Of a stretch of DNA of 64,000 nucleotides, positions 61,997 to 64,000 are shown piece after piece. Each line of letters begins with the position of its first letter. The first letter of the stretch is position 1. The DNA comes from an uncultured Gemmataceae bacterium (GTDB taxonomy: Bacteria > Planctomycetota > Planctomycetia > Gemmatales > Gemmataceae). The translations under genes were made by a program, and so were the position numbers. The DNA lies in the NCBI GenBank assembly GCA_963750165.1, contig CAVVPN010000011.1:1184001-1248000 (forward strand). Direction: 5' to 3'. The notes beneath the pieces are model-generated. The model saw only the letters and a list, made by a program, of their open reading frames with translations, had not been told where the DNA came from and made no database searches.

Positions 61997-62398
61997 ATGC
62001 GTCGATTCCTGAGTCTGGGTGCGTTCCTGGGCGTGTTGGCGGCCGTGACGGGCGTGCAGGCCCAGCAGCCGGTGGGTTCGTTCACCGCGGTCAATCCGCG
62101 CACCATTACGTTCCAGCGCCTCGACACCGGCCAGACCGCCAGCCCCGTCAACCTTGCCAACATGCTCCGCACTCCGACGCAGCCGACGCCCTTCAGCCTG
62201 ACCAACGTCTTCCACAATTTTACGATGCCGAGCTGGCCGCCGCGCATCGCCACCTCCACCCCCGTGGTGCCGCCGCAGAACAACATGATTCAGCCCAACC
62301 AGTACCCCAAATTAAACCCCTTCCCCACCACCCCGTCGTACCCGCTGCAGAACAATCCGTACATTATCACTCGCCCGTCGAACCTTGTGTCTCAGTGA
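61997..62398 (+). CDS. Secreted Pro/Asn-rich hypothetical protein
   Basis: AAGGAG RBS; signal MRRFLSLGAFLGVLAAVTGVQA; TTGACA at 61922. Confidence 0.7.
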   Translation: MRRFLSLGAFLGVLAAVTGVQAQQPVGSFTAVNPRTITFQRLDTGQTASPVNLANMLRTPTQPTPFSLTNVFHNFTMPSWPPRIATSTPVVPPQNNMIQPNQYPKLNPFPTTPSYPLQNNPYIITRPSNLVSQ

Positions 62399-62422
62399 CC
62401 TCGGAACCCGGCGGAAGCAGTC

Positions 62423-63007
62423 ATGGTTTACCTCTCGCGCATCTACACCAAAACCGGCGACCAGGGCGACACCAGTTTGGGCGACGGCAGCCGCGTCGCC
62501 AAGGACCACCCGCGCGTCGCCGCCTATGGCACCGTCGATGAGTTGAACGCCGTCCTCGGCCTGCTGCTGGCCCAGCCAGCAGCGGAGCCGGAGGCGGCCG
62601 AGATCACCGAGTTGCTGCGTAGCGTGCAGAACGACCTGTTCGACGTGGGCGGCGACCTGTGCCGCCCGCAGCCGTCCGACGAGCCGCCGGGCCAGCGCCT
62701 GCGCGTGCGGCCGGAGCAGGTGCAGCGCCTCGAAGCGGCCATCGACCGCCACAACGACGCACTGCAACCGCTGCGCAGTTTCGTGCTGCCGGGCGGCAGC
62801 CTCCGGGCGGCGTGGTGCCACCTGGCGCGGACGGTGTGCCGCCGTGCCGAGCGCGCGGTCGTGACGCTGCTGCGGCAAGAGGCGGTCAATCCGCAGGCGC
62901 TGGTGTACTTGAATCGGCTGTCGGACCTGCTGTTCGTGCTGGCCCGCGTCTGCAACCGCCAGGGGCAGGATGATGTACTGTGGGTGCCGGGCAAAACACA
63001 GCAGTAA
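62423..63007 (+). CDS. pduO: Cob(I)alamin adenosyltransferase, PduO type
   Basis: IYTKTGDQGDT, AYGTVDELN, QNDLFDVG, FVLPGG, ARTVCRRAER, YLNRLSDLLF. Confidence 0.93.
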   Translation: MVYLSRIYTKTGDQGDTSLGDGSRVAKDHPRVAAYGTVDELNAVLGLLLAQPAAEPEAAEITELLRSVQNDLFDVGGDLCRPQPSDEPPGQRLRVRPEQVQRLEAAIDRHNDALQPLRSFVLPGGSLRAAWCHLARTVCRRAERAVVTLLRQEAVNPQALVYLNRLSDLLFVLARVCNRQGQDDVLWVPGKTQQ

Positions 63008-63012
63008 GTGCT

Positions 63013-63178
63013 ACCGGACAATACGGACCCCGTTGTTAGAGCGCGTTGCGTTCGGGTGTGGCGGGTTCTTCGCCCCTTCGGGGCGAAAGACACGACCGCT
63101 ACAGTCCTCTGCGAACCGCTCCAGTTTCGCGGGGACTCTGCCCGCGCGAAACTAAAAACGGGGTCCGTATTGTCCGGT
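63013..63178. repeat. 166-bp MITE/REPIN-like element with 27-bp terminal inverted repeats
   Basis: ACCGGACAATACGGACCCCGTTGTTAG (63013-63039) versus CTAAAAACGGGGTCCGTATTGTCCGGT (63152-63178), one mismatch; two internal hairpins. Confidence 0.75.
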
Positions 63179-63182
63179 TTTT

Positions 63183-64000
63183 TCACTTCCCCGCGCCAAC
63201 CCGCTGCAGTGCCTCCGCCGCCACGGTGCGCACATGCGGGAAGGGGTCGCGCTCATTCACCATCTGCAAATCCACCGTGGCGTCCCGTGCCGCCGGCCCG
63301 ATCCGGCCCAGCGCTGCCGCCGCGCACGTCCGCAGCAGCACGTCATCGTCCTTCAGCGCGAACTTCAACGCCGACAACTCCGCCACGGCGTCCGGCCCGA
63401 TCCGGCCCAGCGCTTCCGCGGCCAGCACCCGCAGGCGCTGGTTCACGGGATCGGCTTCACGCCGGATGCGCAGGTGATTGCCCAGCGCCTGCACCGTGGC
63501 GGCGTCCTTCGGGGCCAGGGCCACAAGCGTGCGGCCAGCCTCGACTACGTACAGCACATCCTCCGGTCGCAGGACGGTTCGCTGCGTCAGGGCGACCAGG
63601 GCCGGCGCCGCGTCGGGACCGATGGCGCACGCGCCCGGGTGAAGGTTTGCGGGTTCGCTTCCAGGCCGCCGTCCAGGCTGCTCAGAGCCGCCCGCAATGT
63701 CGGGATGGCCTTCGCGGCCGACGGGCCCAGCCTTTCCAGTGTCTCCGCCAGGTCGTTGGTCAACCGCCCGGCCAGCAATACGGCCAGCAATTCCTCGGAG
63801 CGCGCCGCGGCGGCCTGTAGTTCTGCAAACCGAGCGGCCAGCGCCAGCGTCAAAAATTGCTCGTGCCACTCCTGGTCCGCCAGCAGCAGCAGCGGCTCCG
63901 CGGCCCGGATGCGAATGTACGGGCTCTGGTCCTTGAGCAACGGCTGCAGCGCCGGCACGAACTCCTTCGCCGCCGGCCCCAGGTGCCGCACCACATCCAC
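63183..64000 (-). CDS. HEAT-repeat protein, C-terminal part (frameshift near 63630; 5' end outside window)
   Basis: Repeated LGPAAKEFVPAL, AAEALGRIGPDA, AAAALGRIGPAARDA. Confidence 0.8.
   Translation of the reverse strand, partial: GCGAAPGAGGEGVRAGAAAVAQGPEPVHSHPGRGAAAAAGGPGVARAIFDAGAGRSVCRTTGRRGALRGIAGRIAGRAVDQRPGGDTGKAGPVGREGHPDIAGGSEQPGRRPGSEPANLHPGACAIGPDAAPALVALTQRTVLRPEDVLYVVEAGRTLVALAPKDAATVQALGNHLRIRREADPVNQRLRVLAAEALGRIGPDAVAELSALKFALKDDDVLLRTCAAAALGRIGPAARDATVDLQMVNERDPFPHVRTVAAEALQRVGAGK

Overview
High-GC bacterial DNA that looks like a Planctomycetota genome (probably Gemmataceae-like), judged from DUF1559 prepilin-like, LEPR-XLL-type N-termini, TIGR03000, DUF4058, PEP-CTERM, ECF/Ser-Thr kinase and WD40-type tail genes. 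About ten 1-2 nt slips in G/C runs break otherwise intact genes and are most likely long-read consensus errors. From left to right: (1) a small lower-GC islet (HTH remnant, aldo/keto reductase, TetR, SDR) abutting the 3' end of tRNA-Asn. (2) FAH hydrolase, hisN and mtnA. (3) A minus-strand signalling cluster: probable pseudokinase, kinase-pseudokinase-PilZ-like protein, and a coupled ECF sigma factor with an atypical region 2.2. (4) A 24-Cys internally duplicated protein divergent from a 75-aa peptide. (5) An M28 peptidase and decayed HEPN and IS3 remnants. (6) A ~6,430-aa secreted protein (after repairing two frameshifts) with five beta-helix-like modules, then about five cohesin-like and two to three dockerin-like modules on one chain. 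(7) A DUF1559 pair, an IS remnant, an ABC efflux operon and an esterase. (8) A second ~3,630-aa surface protein with nested domain insertions. (9) GH15, NUDIX, a Gly-rich/TIGR03000 protein, a PEP-CTERM gene with a sigma54 promoter, pduO and a HEAT-repeat gene. The two giant genes fill about 47% of the window. The best candidates for an undescribed system are the scaffoldin-like giant adhesin, the possible c-di-GMP/kinase/ECF switch and the Cys-rich protein/peptide pair. All domain calls come from reading motifs by eye; no database searches were run.
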